IMG/VR virus record: IMGVR_UViG_3300036800_000073
Location: 31,584-95,583 of that record
Length of the DNA: 64,000 bases
Strand: one strand, 5' to 3'
DNA from: a virus
The notes under the pieces are model-generated. The model had not been told where the DNA came from. It saw only the letters and a list, made by a program, of their open reading frames with translations, and searched no databases. The position numbers and the translations under genes are program-made. Position 1 is the stretch's first letter. Each line of letters begins with the position of its first letter. Positions 17,953 through 27,561 of this stretch are shown here, one piece after another.

Positions 17953-18815
17953 TGGCCGAGCCGTTTCATCCGCTGCGGCGCATCGAGATCGCATATCGCA
18001 AAGCTATCTTCGATGCACTGCGCCAAATGGTCGAGATCAGGATCGAGGACGGGAGCGAAGGCCAGTGGCTCGCGGATCTGATCGGGCTCGCGCACAGTAA
18101 AGAGCTGGCGCAGATCGGCGCAGCTATCGCGGCGCGGATGGTGCGCTGGGTCAATGTCGAGAATGCCAAGAGCTGGCGATATGCATCGCGACAGTCGCAA
18201 CGGTCGCAGATGCTTTACCGGCTACTCCAAGAGGAAATGTCGGGCACGGTCGGAACCCGCGTACAGCAAATCGTCCGCGAGAATGCCACACTGATCTCTT
18301 CGATTCCCTATACGGTCGCCGGAGAGCTGACCAACGAGATCATGGCGGCACAGCAGACCGGCGCAAGGCACGAAGTGATCGCGCGCATGATGCGCAACCG
18401 CTTTCCAATTCTGGCCCGTCATCGCGTGGCGCTGATCGCCCGCACGGAGACAAGTAAGGCAAGCACGGCACTGACGCGGGCCAGGTCGGAGGACCTGGGA
18501 CTAAGTTGGTTCGTGTGGAAGACCTCGCATGATGTCCGCGTGCGGCCCGCGCACGAGCACATGGAAGATGTAGTGTGTTCGTGGAACGATTTGCCGTCGC
18601 CCGAGGCATTGGTTCACATTCGCAGCAAGCTGGGGAAATACGCACCAGGAGACGCTCCAAATTGCCGCTGTTATCCGGCTCCGGTGTTGTCGCTAGAAGA
18701 CTTGTATCGCAATGGAAGTGAACGGCGGAAAGTCTACGCCAACGGAAACATTCAACGCATGACCCGCGCGCAGTTTGCGCGGCTGTCAGGAATCGAAGCG
18801 CGGGTCGCCGCATAG
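17952..18815 (+). CDS. MuF (SPP1 gp7-like) minor head protein, short form
   Basis: IARTET, W..S.D.RVRP.H, PG...NCRC. Confidence 0.9.
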   Translation: MAEPFHPLRRIEIAYRKAIFDALRQMVEIRIEDGSEGQWLADLIGLAHSKELAQIGAAIAARMVRWVNVENAKSWRYASRQSQRSQMLYRLLQEEMSGTVGTRVQQIVRENATLISSIPYTVAGELTNEIMAAQQTGARHEVIARMMRNRFPILARHRVALIARTETSKASTALTRARSEDLGLSWFVWKTSHDVRVRPAHEHMEDVVCSWNDLPSPEALVHIRSKLGKYAPGDAPNCRCYPAPVLSLEDLYRNGSERRKVYANGNIQRMTRAQFARLSGIEARVAA

Positions 18816-18825
18816 GAGATGTCGT

Positions 18826-19671
18826 ATGAAACGTTCGACGATAATCGTTAGTTTCGCAGCTCTGGTCTGCGTTCTTGGAATGTCCGGGTTCGCGTATTTT
18901 GGGGGACAGGCCGGGAGCGTTGCCTCCAATCCAGCACCGACCGCAAACGTGATCGCCAAGTACACCACCGCGCAGCAAGGTGTTCCGATCCTCACTCCGT
19001 CGCTATTGTCCGACAATGGAACCACGCTGTCCTACAACGGCACCCCGGTCGCGGGCGGCACCGCATATGCCAACATCTATAGCGCGGGCGGAGGCACTGC
19101 TCAGGCACAGACCATGACTCCCTCTCCTGCGCTGCCGGCTTTGCTGTCTGGCATCGGCGTGATTTGGGCACCGACCGCGGCCAACACCGCTGCTGCTCCA
19201 ACCTTGGCGATCAGCGGCCTGACGGCGAAGCCCATTACCAAATGCGGGACGGCGGCGCTGGTCGCAAACGACATTGTGACAACTGCGCTGGCTGTCGGTT
19301 ATTACGATGGAACGGAATTCCAACTGTTGAATCCGCAGGCTTCCGGCTGTCCTCGCTCTGCCTATGCCACCACTACGAATTGCACCAGTTCGGCGTCTCC
19401 GGCAGTCTGCGCCGCTGCCGCCGCTGGGTCAGTCGTCGTCGCCGCTGCCGATACTACAATTGTCGTGGATACCACAGCGGTTACGGCTAACAGCCAAATT
19501 ATCGTGCAAGAGGATGCCAGCCTAGGTGCCAGGCTGAGTGTGACCTGTAACGCGACAGCAGCCACCGCGCCGCCCGTTGTAACCGCGCGAACCGCCGCAA
19601 CGAGCTTCACCATCACGACCACCGTGCCCATCGCGAATCCGCGCTGCCTCAGTTATTTCATCGTCAACTAA
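18826..19671 (+). CDS. signal-peptide-bearing fibre-like protein
   Basis: N-terminal MKR plus hydrophobic stretch; Thr/Ala-rich; PTLAISGL.AK.I...YDGTEFQLLNP domain; 6 Cys in the predicted mature part. Confidence 0.65.
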   Translation: MKRSTIIVSFAALVCVLGMSGFAYFGGQAGSVASNPAPTANVIAKYTTAQQGVPILTPSLLSDNGTTLSYNGTPVAGGTAYANIYSAGGGTAQAQTMTPSPALPALLSGIGVIWAPTAANTAAAPTLAISGLTAKPITKCGTAALVANDIVTTALAVGYYDGTEFQLLNPQASGCPRSAYATTTNCTSSASPAVCAAAAAGSVVVAAADTTIVVDTTAVTANSQIIVQEDASLGARLSVTCNATAATAPPVVTARTAATSFTITTTVPIANPRCLSYFIVN

Positions 19672-19797
19672 AATGCGATTCCGCTTTGTGTTCGCCTGGT
19701 ACGACTTTTGGATGGGAGCTTACTTCGATATCGCCAGGCGAAAGCTCTATATTTTGCCGATTCCATGCGTCGGAATCGTAATCGAATGGACAAAGCC

Positions 19798-20172
19798 ATG
19801 CCGCTAACGAATAAGGGCGAATCGATCTTGCATTCGATGGAAGCCAGCTATCCATCCGAAGAGAAAGCCGAACAGGTGTTCTATGCCAGCCGCAATGCTG
19901 GCACGATAACCGGCGTGGATACCGCGCCAGAAGGAGTTACCGCCATGGAAGGTCATCGCATCGACGATCTTGGCAAGTCCACATTACACGCCGCCGACAG
20001 CGAGGGTCTTCGTGTCAAAAACCTGGGCGAGTCGGTTCTTCATGCTGACCAGCATGGTGCGGTCGATGCAGCCTTTCAGAGTCCGGGCGGCAACTCCGGG
20101 GCGCTGATCTCGCCCGCGCCGGGTTTGGGCATGTCAGCTTATCAAAGCCCCAAGGTTCCGGACGGCAACTAG
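19798..20172 (+). CDS. small head-region protein
   Basis: MPLT.KG..I...M...Y....KAEQVFYAS.N.GTITGVD, plus an internal repeat (LGKSTLHAAD/LGESVLHAD). Confidence 0.6.
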   Translation: MPLTNKGESILHSMEASYPSEEKAEQVFYASRNAGTITGVDTAPEGVTAMEGHRIDDLGKSTLHAADSEGLRVKNLGESVLHADQHGAVDAAFQSPGGNSGALISPAPGLGMSAYQSPKVPDGN

Positions 20173-20257
20173 AGACGACTGACTCGCTATGCCGTAGACG
20201 CCGATCGGGGCGGCGGATGACCGCGCTGGTACGCGGCTGCGCGGCGTAACCCAGGAG

Positions 20258-20695
20258 ATGGCGGGGCGAGAGATGACTGCAATTAGACATGAGGATGGAG
20301 ACGAGTGCCCACTTGATCTCGGCAGAAGGTTTGATGAATTACTCAGCGATCTAGCTGAGAAGCATAGGCAAAACCGTAACGACATCCACCAGCTCCGGAA
20401 TGAGCAGCAGAAACTGGCGCTAAAGCACTCAGATTTGGAGGGCATTCTGGCTCCAATCACTGGTAAGGATGGAAAGAAGGGTGTTTTGGACACTCTCATA
20501 GCAGCCGTGGATAGCTTGAGAAACACGGTGGAGTCACTGAACCTGTCGCGAGCCGAACAGGCTGGCATTGACAAGCAGGAGCAGAAGACCACGAAACGTG
20601 ACCGCTTCTTGATTGGTAGCGGGCTGGCGCTGATCGTGGCGCTGATTCCCTTCCTTGTGGTTCTTATCCAGCGACTATTTCCGGCCGGCAAGTAA
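20258..20695 (+). CDS. coiled-coil protein with C-terminal transmembrane helix (holin/XhlA-like?)
   Basis: Heptad region followed by FLIGSGLALIVALIPFLVVLI. Confidence 0.55.
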   Translation: MAGREMTAIRHEDGDECPLDLGRRFDELLSDLAEKHRQNRNDIHQLRNEQQKLALKHSDLEGILAPITGKDGKKGVLDTLIAAVDSLRNTVESLNLSRAEQAGIDKQEQKTTKRDRFLIGSGLALIVALIPFLVVLIQRLFPAGK

Positions 20696-20720
20696 ACCAT
20701 TCCCGAAGGAGACTTGATTT

Positions 20721-21299
20721 ATGGAGCACATCAATCCAGGCACTTCCGCATTCACGTCTCCCGAGATCGCGCCGTATCGCGCGACCGCTGCGGAGCCCTT
20801 TCGCCAAGAACAGGCGCAGGATGCTTTTCATTCCGCCTACGATGGAGCGCCGATCCCGGTCAGCTCTCACATGCCCATCTTTCGTACCGCGGCCATGGTG
20901 GACGACTTCAACGAGTCGATGACGGATGGAACCAGTGAGGGCGCAAAGAAGGCGTGGGAGTCGCGCGAGCGCGGCGCAACCGAACCGGTGACTGTCGCAA
21001 AGGGAACCGCGCCAGCACCGGGAACGAAGATTCGACCTCCGAGCGATACGGAAAGAGCGGAGGCGCGGGCGGAGTTCCCAGAGGCCGCAGCCAAAGCCGA
21101 TACGAAGCTCTCCGCGCACAAGTGGCCTACCGAAGAAGAAGAGACGGCCAAGCACGCGGAGTATCTCGATCCCAAGCCTGATCCAGACGATCCCGATCAG
21201 GAACACGCGGCGGCACACGCTGCATTCCTCAAGAAACAACGCGGCGAGGGACATAAGGAATACGCGGCGCAGGATGCGCTGCATCGCGGCAAAGAATAA
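20721..21299 (+). CDS. head-region hypothetical protein (DGTSEGA..AW motif)
   Basis: AGGAG RBS; shares motifs with the 21336 and 21564 ORFs. Confidence 0.65.
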   Translation: MEHINPGTSAFTSPEIAPYRATAAEPFRQEQAQDAFHSAYDGAPIPVSSHMPIFRTAAMVDDFNESMTDGTSEGAKKAWESRERGATEPVTVAKGTAPAPGTKIRPPSDTERAEARAEFPEAAAKADTKLSAHKWPTEEEETAKHAEYLDPKPDPDDPDQEHAAAHAAFLKKQRGEGHKEYAAQDALHRGKE

Positions 21300-21335
21300 T
21301 CATTATTACCTCAACCTTTGGAGCGGAGCACCCCG

Positions 21336-21560
21336 ATGGTCCCCATCAACGGCGGCGGCTCTGCGTTCGAAGATGGCAGGCCGCATAGCGAACCTCTGGC
21401 AACCGATTCTGTGAGCGAGCGCCTGGGCCTGCGTCGCTCCGTATTGTCCATGCAGGCGGAACTAGCCGCACTATCGCCCGACGATCCCGAATTGGAAAGC
21501 AAGCGCCGAGCGCTGCAACAGGCATACACCGTGCTGGGGTTTGCCGAGATGGGAGAGTAA
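21336..21560 (+). CDS. head-region hypothetical protein
   Basis: GGAG RBS; N-terminus MVPINGGGSAF. Confidence 0.55.
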   Translation: MVPINGGGSAFEDGRPHSEPLATDSVSERLGLRRSVLSMQAELAALSPDDPELESKRRALQQAYTVLGFAEMGE

Positions 21561-21563
21561 ACC

Positions 21564-21833
21564 ATGCCGATCCATGGAGGCAGTTCCGCATATGACTCAT
21601 CCACGATTCCAGGTGGCGAATCGCCGTATTCGATGTCCATTCCGGAGATGCAGCAAGATGGCACCAGTGAAGGTGCGATGAAAGCGTGGGAGCACCGGCA
21701 ACGAGAGGAACGGCCAACCCTCATGGGCGGTAGACCGATATCGCGAGAGCTGGCCGCGCAGCGCGAGATCGAAGAGGCGAACAGCAAGAGTCACCAGGCC
21801 AACGTGGCCCAGAAATGTGCTCGTAGGGTTTAG
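21564..21833 (+). CDS. head-region hypothetical protein (DGTSEGA..AW motif)
   Basis: N-terminus MPIHGGSSAY; contains QDGTSEGAMKAWEHR. Confidence 0.6.
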   Translation: MPIHGGSSAYDSSTIPGGESPYSMSIPEMQQDGTSEGAMKAWEHRQREERPTLMGGRPISRELAAQREIEEANSKSHQANVAQKCARRV

Positions 21834-21866
21834 CGTTAGCGGTTATTAAAAAAAGGTTGGTGAGAT

Positions 21867-23477
21867 ATGCCGAAATACTATTCGCTACTCCTCACCACGC
21901 ATATCTCGAAGACGCCGGAAGGTTATCTCATTTGCCGCGACGTTCCGATTTGCAGGAGCGGTTTTCAGTTATATCGCGGCAAAGAGCTGGTCAGGTTCCC
22001 CGGCTATCAGGCAAGTTGGGGCCTCGATCCGGAAACCATGTACAAGGTCCTCCGGCCGAAAGAAGAGGTCCTGCACCCGGACACGATTGCAAGTTTCAAC
22101 GGCAAAACGGTCGTCAACGAACATCCCGAAAAGGATGTTGTCTATATCGACAACGAAGGTGAACTGAATTGCGGTCACGCCCAGGATATCAAGCGTGGCG
22201 AAGACCTACCGCCTACCGAAGAGTTGCCCGAAGGCGCAGTGACGCTCGCTGCTGACTTGCATATCAAAGATCCGGAGTTGGTCGAAAAGATTTATCCCAA
22301 GGATGATCCGGCCAGCGGCGTACGCGACATCAGTTGCGGGTATTCCCTCAAGCTCAAGCGTTTGGCAGACGGAACGCTTGTCATGTATTGCATTCGCGGC
22401 AATCACATTGCCGTTGTAGAGAAAGGCAGAGCCGGAGAAATGATTGCGATTCAGGATTCGGTTCCCATCGAAACGATGGAAATCCTGGTTGCGATCGGAG
22501 ATGCGGCACCGCCCGAAATCAAGGAAAAGAGGACACCGATCATGAGTATTAGAGAGTTGATTTTCGGGCGCGGAGTCAAAGCAATCATGCCAGATGCCAG
22601 CCCGGATGAAGTGGCTTCCATGATGAAGGAAATGGAAGAGCCGGACAAGCGCGATGGAAAGCCAAAGCCTGCGAAGGACTCCATGGAAAAGCAGGACGAA
22701 CTCGCCGCCGAACACCCTCATCGTGTCGCCGCGCACGCTGCGCTTGACCGCTGTCTGGACGCGCGCGGAGCCGACGATCATATGGGCAAGGATGCATTTG
22801 GGAAGCCTGCCCATCTTGACTCCCTGCAACGGGAATTGGCGAAGTTCATTGAGAAAGAAGAGGGTGCCTCTGCCGCTGCGGAGACCGCGAAGGCGGAGCC
22901 TGCCAAGGCCGAGCCCGAGCCGGAGCCCAAGGCCGAGCCGGAAGTGGATGCCGGACCTGCGCCGGAGATCGAGGAGTTGAAAGAGGAAGAACCTCCCAAG
23001 GAAGAAGAAGTCGAGCCGGAACGCGAGCCCGAAGGCGATGCGGACGCGGACGCGGAGCCAAGCGATCCGGAAGATGAAGAAGAGAAGCCCGCCACCGACG
23101 CCGAAGAGGTCAAGGAGCAAGGCGAGAGCGTGCTCAAGCAGGCCAACGATTCGGTACGTAACTATCTCCGAGCAACCAAGCCTCTGGTCGCCAGTATCGT
23201 TGCCAAGCCCAGGTCGAAGTGGACAGTGCCGGAAGCGACCATGGTGGACAGCTACAACAAAGCCGTCCGCAATGTCAACGAGGCTGGCCCTGCATACCGC
23301 GTGTTGGCCAAGCCGAAGGTCCCTTCCAGGATTCCACCACTGGCTAAGGATGCCGAGGCAGCGGCGGCTGCAAACAAGCTCGAAGAGGACAAGATCGCAG
23401 CATTCTACGAAGGCGTGCCGTGGGCGAAGGGCAAAGCAGTTCACGACGCCTATCTCAAAACGAAGGGAAGTAAATAA
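21867..23477 (+). CDS. DUF2213-like prohead protease/scaffold
   Basis: TPEGYLIC.DVPI.RSG.Q.Y, EHP, ISCGY, NHIAVVEKGRAG; acidic scaffold-like C-terminus. Confidence 0.9.
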   Translation: MPKYYSLLLTTHISKTPEGYLICRDVPICRSGFQLYRGKELVRFPGYQASWGLDPETMYKVLRPKEEVLHPDTIASFNGKTVVNEHPEKDVVYIDNEGELNCGHAQDIKRGEDLPPTEELPEGAVTLAADLHIKDPELVEKIYPKDDPASGVRDISCGYSLKLKRLADGTLVMYCIRGNHIAVVEKGRAGEMIAIQDSVPIETMEILVAIGDAAPPEIKEKRTPIMSIRELIFGRGVKAIMPDASPDEVASMMKEMEEPDKRDGKPKPAKDSMEKQDELAAEHPHRVAAHAALDRCLDARGADDHMGKDAFGKPAHLDSLQRELAKFIEKEEGASAAAETAKAEPAKAEPEPEPKAEPEVDAGPAPEIEELKEEEPPKEEEVEPEREPEGDADADAEPSDPEDEEEKPATDAEEVKEQGESVLKQANDSVRNYLRATKPLVASIVAKPRSKWTVPEATMVDSYNKAVRNVNEAGPAYRVLAKPKVPSRIPPLAKDAEAAAAANKLEEDKIAAFYEGVPWAKGKAVHDAYLKTKGSK

Positions 23478-23479
23478 CC

Positions 23480-24040
23480 ATGCCCGCAACAGTTATCCCC
23501 GTAAAGGGGCTCTACCTTGGCTTCGTAGGGAACGTCAGTAACGAGGGCTATTCCCTTCGTAAGCCGCGCCTGGTCCAAGCCGCCGATCCGAATCCTATCG
23601 CATTCGGCGAAACTTTGGTCCTGAACACCAACAACACCTACTCCAGCGTCAAGAGCTTCGTGGCCGGCGCTGGCATCGTCACAGCGGCTCTGGCCATGGG
23701 CATCGCAACCTCGAATGTGAATATCAATCCGACCTATGCCTCTGGCGGTTCCGGAAATGTGGCGACGGTCGGCGGCCAATTCGTTCAGGGTGCGATCTGT
23801 GACGCGCTGGTGCAAGGGACGCTCAACGTCTATTGCGCCAATGGCACGCCGACTGCTGGCGGCGCGGTATATTGCCGCGTGGCACTGAATGGTGCCATCC
23901 CCAATGGCGTCGTCGGCGGTCTGGAAGCCGTAGCCGATGGCGGCAATACGGTCCTGCTCACCAACTTCAAGTGGAGCACGGGCTATCTCGAAACCGATGG
24001 AAGCAGCCAGCTCACCATCCTCACCAGGACCATCGCCTAA
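23480..24040 (+). CDS. capsid decoration/cement protein
   Basis: Sits between scaffold and MCP; GTPTAGGAVYCRV. Confidence 0.75.
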   Translation: MPATVIPVKGLYLGFVGNVSNEGYSLRKPRLVQAADPNPIAFGETLVLNTNNTYSSVKSFVAGAGIVTAALAMGIATSNVNINPTYASGGSGNVATVGGQFVQGAICDALVQGTLNVYCANGTPTAGGAVYCRVALNGAIPNGVVGGLEAVADGGNTVLLTNFKWSTGYLETDGSSQLTILTRTIA

Positions 24041-24069
24041 TCGCAGGCAATCAGTGGCCGCACTTCCCT

Positions 24070-24100
24070 GAAAGGGCTCCTTCGGGAGCCTTTTCTATTT
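24070..24100 (+). terminator. hairpin with C(UUCG)G loop and U-rich tail
   Basis: AAAGGGCTCC-TTCG-GGAGCCTTTT followed by CTATTT. Confidence 0.6.
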
Positions 24101-24134
24101 GGAACCCGCAGCTACACAAAGGAGAAACAAAGCA

Positions 24135-25160
24135 ATGACTCCCAAAGAGTATCAGCAGTCTCTTGCTGCCCTGCGAAGTGGTCAAGTGCTGTCGGATGCC
24201 GCGCAAGCGGCCACCGGCCAGACATTCTTGATGGCAGAGTTGAGCAAGCTCGATCCGGTGGTGCGTTTGCCATTGGAGAACTTCACCTATCTGCGGGATA
24301 TTCCGCTCGACAAGGGCGGCGGCTGGGTGATGAATCACATCGCACACAACGTTGACTTCCGCGGCCCACGCGATGCCGGGGCCGGATCGCAGACCAACGA
24401 TTCGCGCGTGATCGAATACAACGTCAACCAGGATACCTGGCCGGTGTACCCCTACCAGGTGCGTGTCCGCATTCCCATCGTGGAATCGCTGCGGATGGCA
24501 CAGGTAGGGCGTTCGCCGCAGGATCTGCTCGACAAGGGCGTGCGTGTCGATTATTCAAAGACGCTCGACACTCGTACTTATCAAGGCTTCCAAGGCGGCG
24601 TCAATGGTGGAACGAGCTATTATGGCCTGATCGGAAATCCGGCCGTCACCAATACCGCGCTGCCGGCGACGGGCACGGGCGGAACCCTGACGTGGAGCAC
24701 CAAGACCGCTGTGGCGATCTTGGGCGACTTCAATTTCATGGCTCTCACCATCTGGAATGCATCGGGAAATGCGCCGGGCGCGATGCCCACGCGATTCCTG
24801 GTGCCGCCCACGCAATGGGTCCTGCTCACGCAGCCCATGGCTGTGGTGGGCGGGCCTTCCGGATATGCGTCGATCCTTGACTACATCCAGAAGAATTATC
24901 TCGGCGCGGCCTTCGGCATCGTGCCGGAGATTTATCCGCTTCCGGAGTGGCTCGAAGGCGCGGGGCCCGGTCCGACACAGCTCATCATGGCCTACAAGTA
25001 CGACAAGGACTGCCTGTCGCTGGGCATTCCGCAGGAGATCACGCGTTTTGGCGCTCCGCCATCCATCGTGTCGGGCTGTTTCGAGTTCCTCTATTTGGCC
25101 AACATTGGAGTCGTCAAGGTCAACCGGCCTCAGACGGTCGGCGGCTTCTACGGCTGCTGA
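24135..25160 (+). CDS. major capsid protein (DUF2184-like)
   Basis: Strong RBS (AAAGGAG); FL..EL..LDP, YGLIGNP, SILDYIQKN; position in the head module. Confidence 0.85.
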   Translation: MTPKEYQQSLAALRSGQVLSDAAQAATGQTFLMAELSKLDPVVRLPLENFTYLRDIPLDKGGGWVMNHIAHNVDFRGPRDAGAGSQTNDSRVIEYNVNQDTWPVYPYQVRVRIPIVESLRMAQVGRSPQDLLDKGVRVDYSKTLDTRTYQGFQGGVNGGTSYYGLIGNPAVTNTALPATGTGGTLTWSTKTAVAILGDFNFMALTIWNASGNAPGAMPTRFLVPPTQWVLLTQPMAVVGGPSGYASILDYIQKNYLGAAFGIVPEIYPLPEWLEGAGPGPTQLIMAYKYDKDCLSLGIPQEITRFGAPPSIVSGCFEFLYLANIGVVKVNRPQTVGGFYGC

Positions 25161-25222
25161 ACGCTGAACATAACCCGGCTACGCATACCAGATGGGCCGG
25201 ACTCCGGCCCATCGAAAGGAAA

Positions 25223-25462
25223 ATGTCCATGCACATTTTGTCTCACCGCAATATCAATCTGCATTCCGCCTCGACCGATGGCGGCTTGATCCATATCGCC
25301 CAAGGAACGTCGAAAAGCGTGCCCGACGATGTGGCTGATCATCCCGGCTTCGCCATGCTGCTCAAGGCCGGTCATATCGTCAAGATCGCGCCTGCGGAAC
25401 CCGCAGCAGAATCCGACGCGGACAAGACGCCGAAAAGGCCCACAGGGAAAGAGAGCAAATAG
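25223..25462 (+). CDS. small post-capsid protein
   Basis: AAGGA RBS; VPDDVADHP.F. Confidence 0.55.
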   Translation: MSMHILSHRNINLHSASTDGGLIHIAQGTSKSVPDDVADHPGFAMLLKAGHIVKIAPAEPAAESDADKTPKRPTGKESK

Positions 25463-25465
25463 ATC

Positions 25466-26197
25466 ATGTGGCCAGACATCAACGGCTTCTATGCGATGCT
25501 GTATGGAGCCGGAGGGATTGACCTCAGCGCATTGACCTGCTGGCAATTCGGTAATGCCACAGGTGTAGTATTTTCTGGCAATCCCCCTTATACCGCAACG
25601 GACTTCTTAGGCTTCTATCCGAAATTCTTCGGGCCTCCGACTTCGGTATCTGGTCTTACCATCACACAAGGATCGGCGGTGGTCAGCGGCTTCGCCAGCA
25701 TCACCGGCCTAGCCGTGGGACAGCTTGTGGTGAATCCGAATTCGATTCCCAAGGACTCCCTCATCCTGTCGATTGACAGCGCGCACAACGCTGTGACGCT
25801 GACCAATGAGGCGACCAATGATGGCACCATCCTGACTATCTACGAAGCGCCGCCGATGCCGCTCGTGGTGCTTCTCTGGTATGTGTATCTGGCTCAGGCG
25901 AACATCAGCTCGCGGTGGTTCGTGAATGTCTGGCCTATGGCCATTGCCTATTTCATCGCGCATTTCTGCACGCTCTGGATGCGTTCGGAAACAGGGCCGA
26001 ATACAACACCTTCGCAGATCGTTACATCAGGACTAGAGAAAGGAATGCTGGTCGGAAAATCTGCCGGCGACGTAAGCGCCAGCGTTCAATTTCTTGAAGG
26101 CTATGACGAGTGGGGAAGCCTCAGGGAGACGTCATATGGTCAGCAGCTAGCCACTCTAGCGCGGTCGATCAATTGTGGCCCCATTTGGGTCAGATGA
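25466..26197 (+). CDS. head-tail adaptor (DUF4054-like) with inserted beta domain
   Basis: F...YP.F, YFIAHFCTL, KSAGDVSAS, TSYGQQ. Confidence 0.75.
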   Translation: MWPDINGFYAMLYGAGGIDLSALTCWQFGNATGVVFSGNPPYTATDFLGFYPKFFGPPTSVSGLTITQGSAVVSGFASITGLAVGQLVVNPNSIPKDSLILSIDSAHNAVTLTNEATNDGTILTIYEAPPMPLVVLLWYVYLAQANISSRWFVNVWPMAIAYFIAHFCTLWMRSETGPNTTPSQIVTSGLEKGMLVGKSAGDVSASVQFLEGYDEWGSLRETSYGQQLATLARSINCGPIWVR

Positions 26198-26212
26198 GTG
26201 AAAGAATGAACC

Positions 26213-26934
26213 ATGATCGGCCTCATTTATCGCATTCTATTGCCAGCCACCGGCAAATCGTATATCGGCCAAACGCAACGAGAAGTGCAAATTAGATTTG
26301 AAGAGCATTGCCGCGATGGTAGATGCCCGATCAATCGAGCGTTGAAGAAATATGGGCGCGATGCGGCAACAGTGACGATTTTAGACACGGCGGAGTCCGT
26401 CGATGAACTGAATGCAAAAGAGATGTTATGGATCGGCCACTTCGATTCAGTGAAGCCCCACGGCTATAACTTGACCGCTGGTGGGGAAGGAAACAAAAAG
26501 GCTTCCGATGAGACTAGAAGAAAGATGTCGGATGCGGCAAAGATTAGAAACGCCCGCCCGGAAATAAAGGCGCAACAATCTAAAGCGATGAGCGCGCGCA
26601 TGGAAGGAAATCAGTTGCGTCGTGGTATGACCCTGACCGAGCAACACAGAATGGCCATATCTAAATGGGCTAGAGCGCGTCCTCCTTGTCTCTTGAGGCT
26701 AAGCAGAGAATCTCAAGAGCAAGACGAGGAAAGGCGCGGCCAGATTTGGCGGCGTTGAACAAGTCGCGCACCGGAATCGCGCTGACTCCTGAACACCGAA
26801 GCAAGCTATTACGCAAAGGTACATTCGAAAGTGAGTCGGATGATGGTGAGCGCAGAGTGGATGATCGGCGTCGAAAGCACGATAAGTGGGAGTCGCCACA
26901 TGGTCGATTGGGCATTGTTTTCGAACCAAGCTGA
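26213..26934 (+). pseudogene. GIY-YIG homing endonuclease with NUMOD3-like repeats, frameshifted near 26686
   Basis: GLIY...KSYIGQT, GYNLT.GGEG, SDETRRKMS; NUMOD3-like repeats continue in the -1 frame (SLEAKQRISRARRGK, LTPEHRSKL). Confidence 0.75.
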
Positions 26935-27040
26935 GGCCACTGCTCAGGCTCAGGCGGCGAGTGGGCCAAATAATAATTATGTTGTCGAACCGGTAACCGT
27001 GATAACTTACACTCCGCTGGAGAATAGCTGATGGGACGGG

Positions 27041-27484
27041 ATGATGCATTCCGATCTGAGGCAGCAAGCGCCATGGCCATCTGCGTTAGAAGGTCTGGTC
27101 AAGCGGCTGCGCTACAAAGATGGCTGGTGCTTCACGCTGGACACCATCGACCGTGGACAAGGCAGCGTGGGCGTGACCTTGGTGATCAACATCCGCGTGC
27201 CCGATAGTTATGAGAGCGGGCATAAGATCTGCGTGAACCACTATATGATCGTGCCCGCCGCCGCTTACGATCAGCGATCATGGACGCGCTGGCTGATTGA
27301 CCAGATACTGCTCGTCGAACAGCATGAAGCCTGCGAGTTCTTTTTGATCGGCGACGAACGGCCCTTTGCGCCAAATCATGGCCCAGGCCGTGATCCTTAT
27401 ACCATCATGGATCAGGGATTGCAGGTGGATGCGGAAACTACATTTCGCGGCGAACTATTCGGAAAAAGCGCCGTCAAGGATTGA
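27041..27484 (+). CDS. hypothetical phage protein
   Basis: Clean ORF; EQHEACEFF...RPFAPNH. Confidence 0.6.
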   Translation: MMHSDLRQQAPWPSALEGLVKRLRYKDGWCFTLDTIDRGQGSVGVTLVINIRVPDSYESGHKICVNHYMIVPAAAYDQRSWTRWLIDQILLVEQHEACEFFLIGDERPFAPNHGPGRDPYTIMDQGLQVDAETTFRGELFGKSAVKD

Positions 27485-27561
27485 GATGCGTCATCGATTC
27501 GATGAGGACGAACCCGATCCACGCTGGAATCAGCGCGACATCGCAGCGTGGCTGTTGAAGC

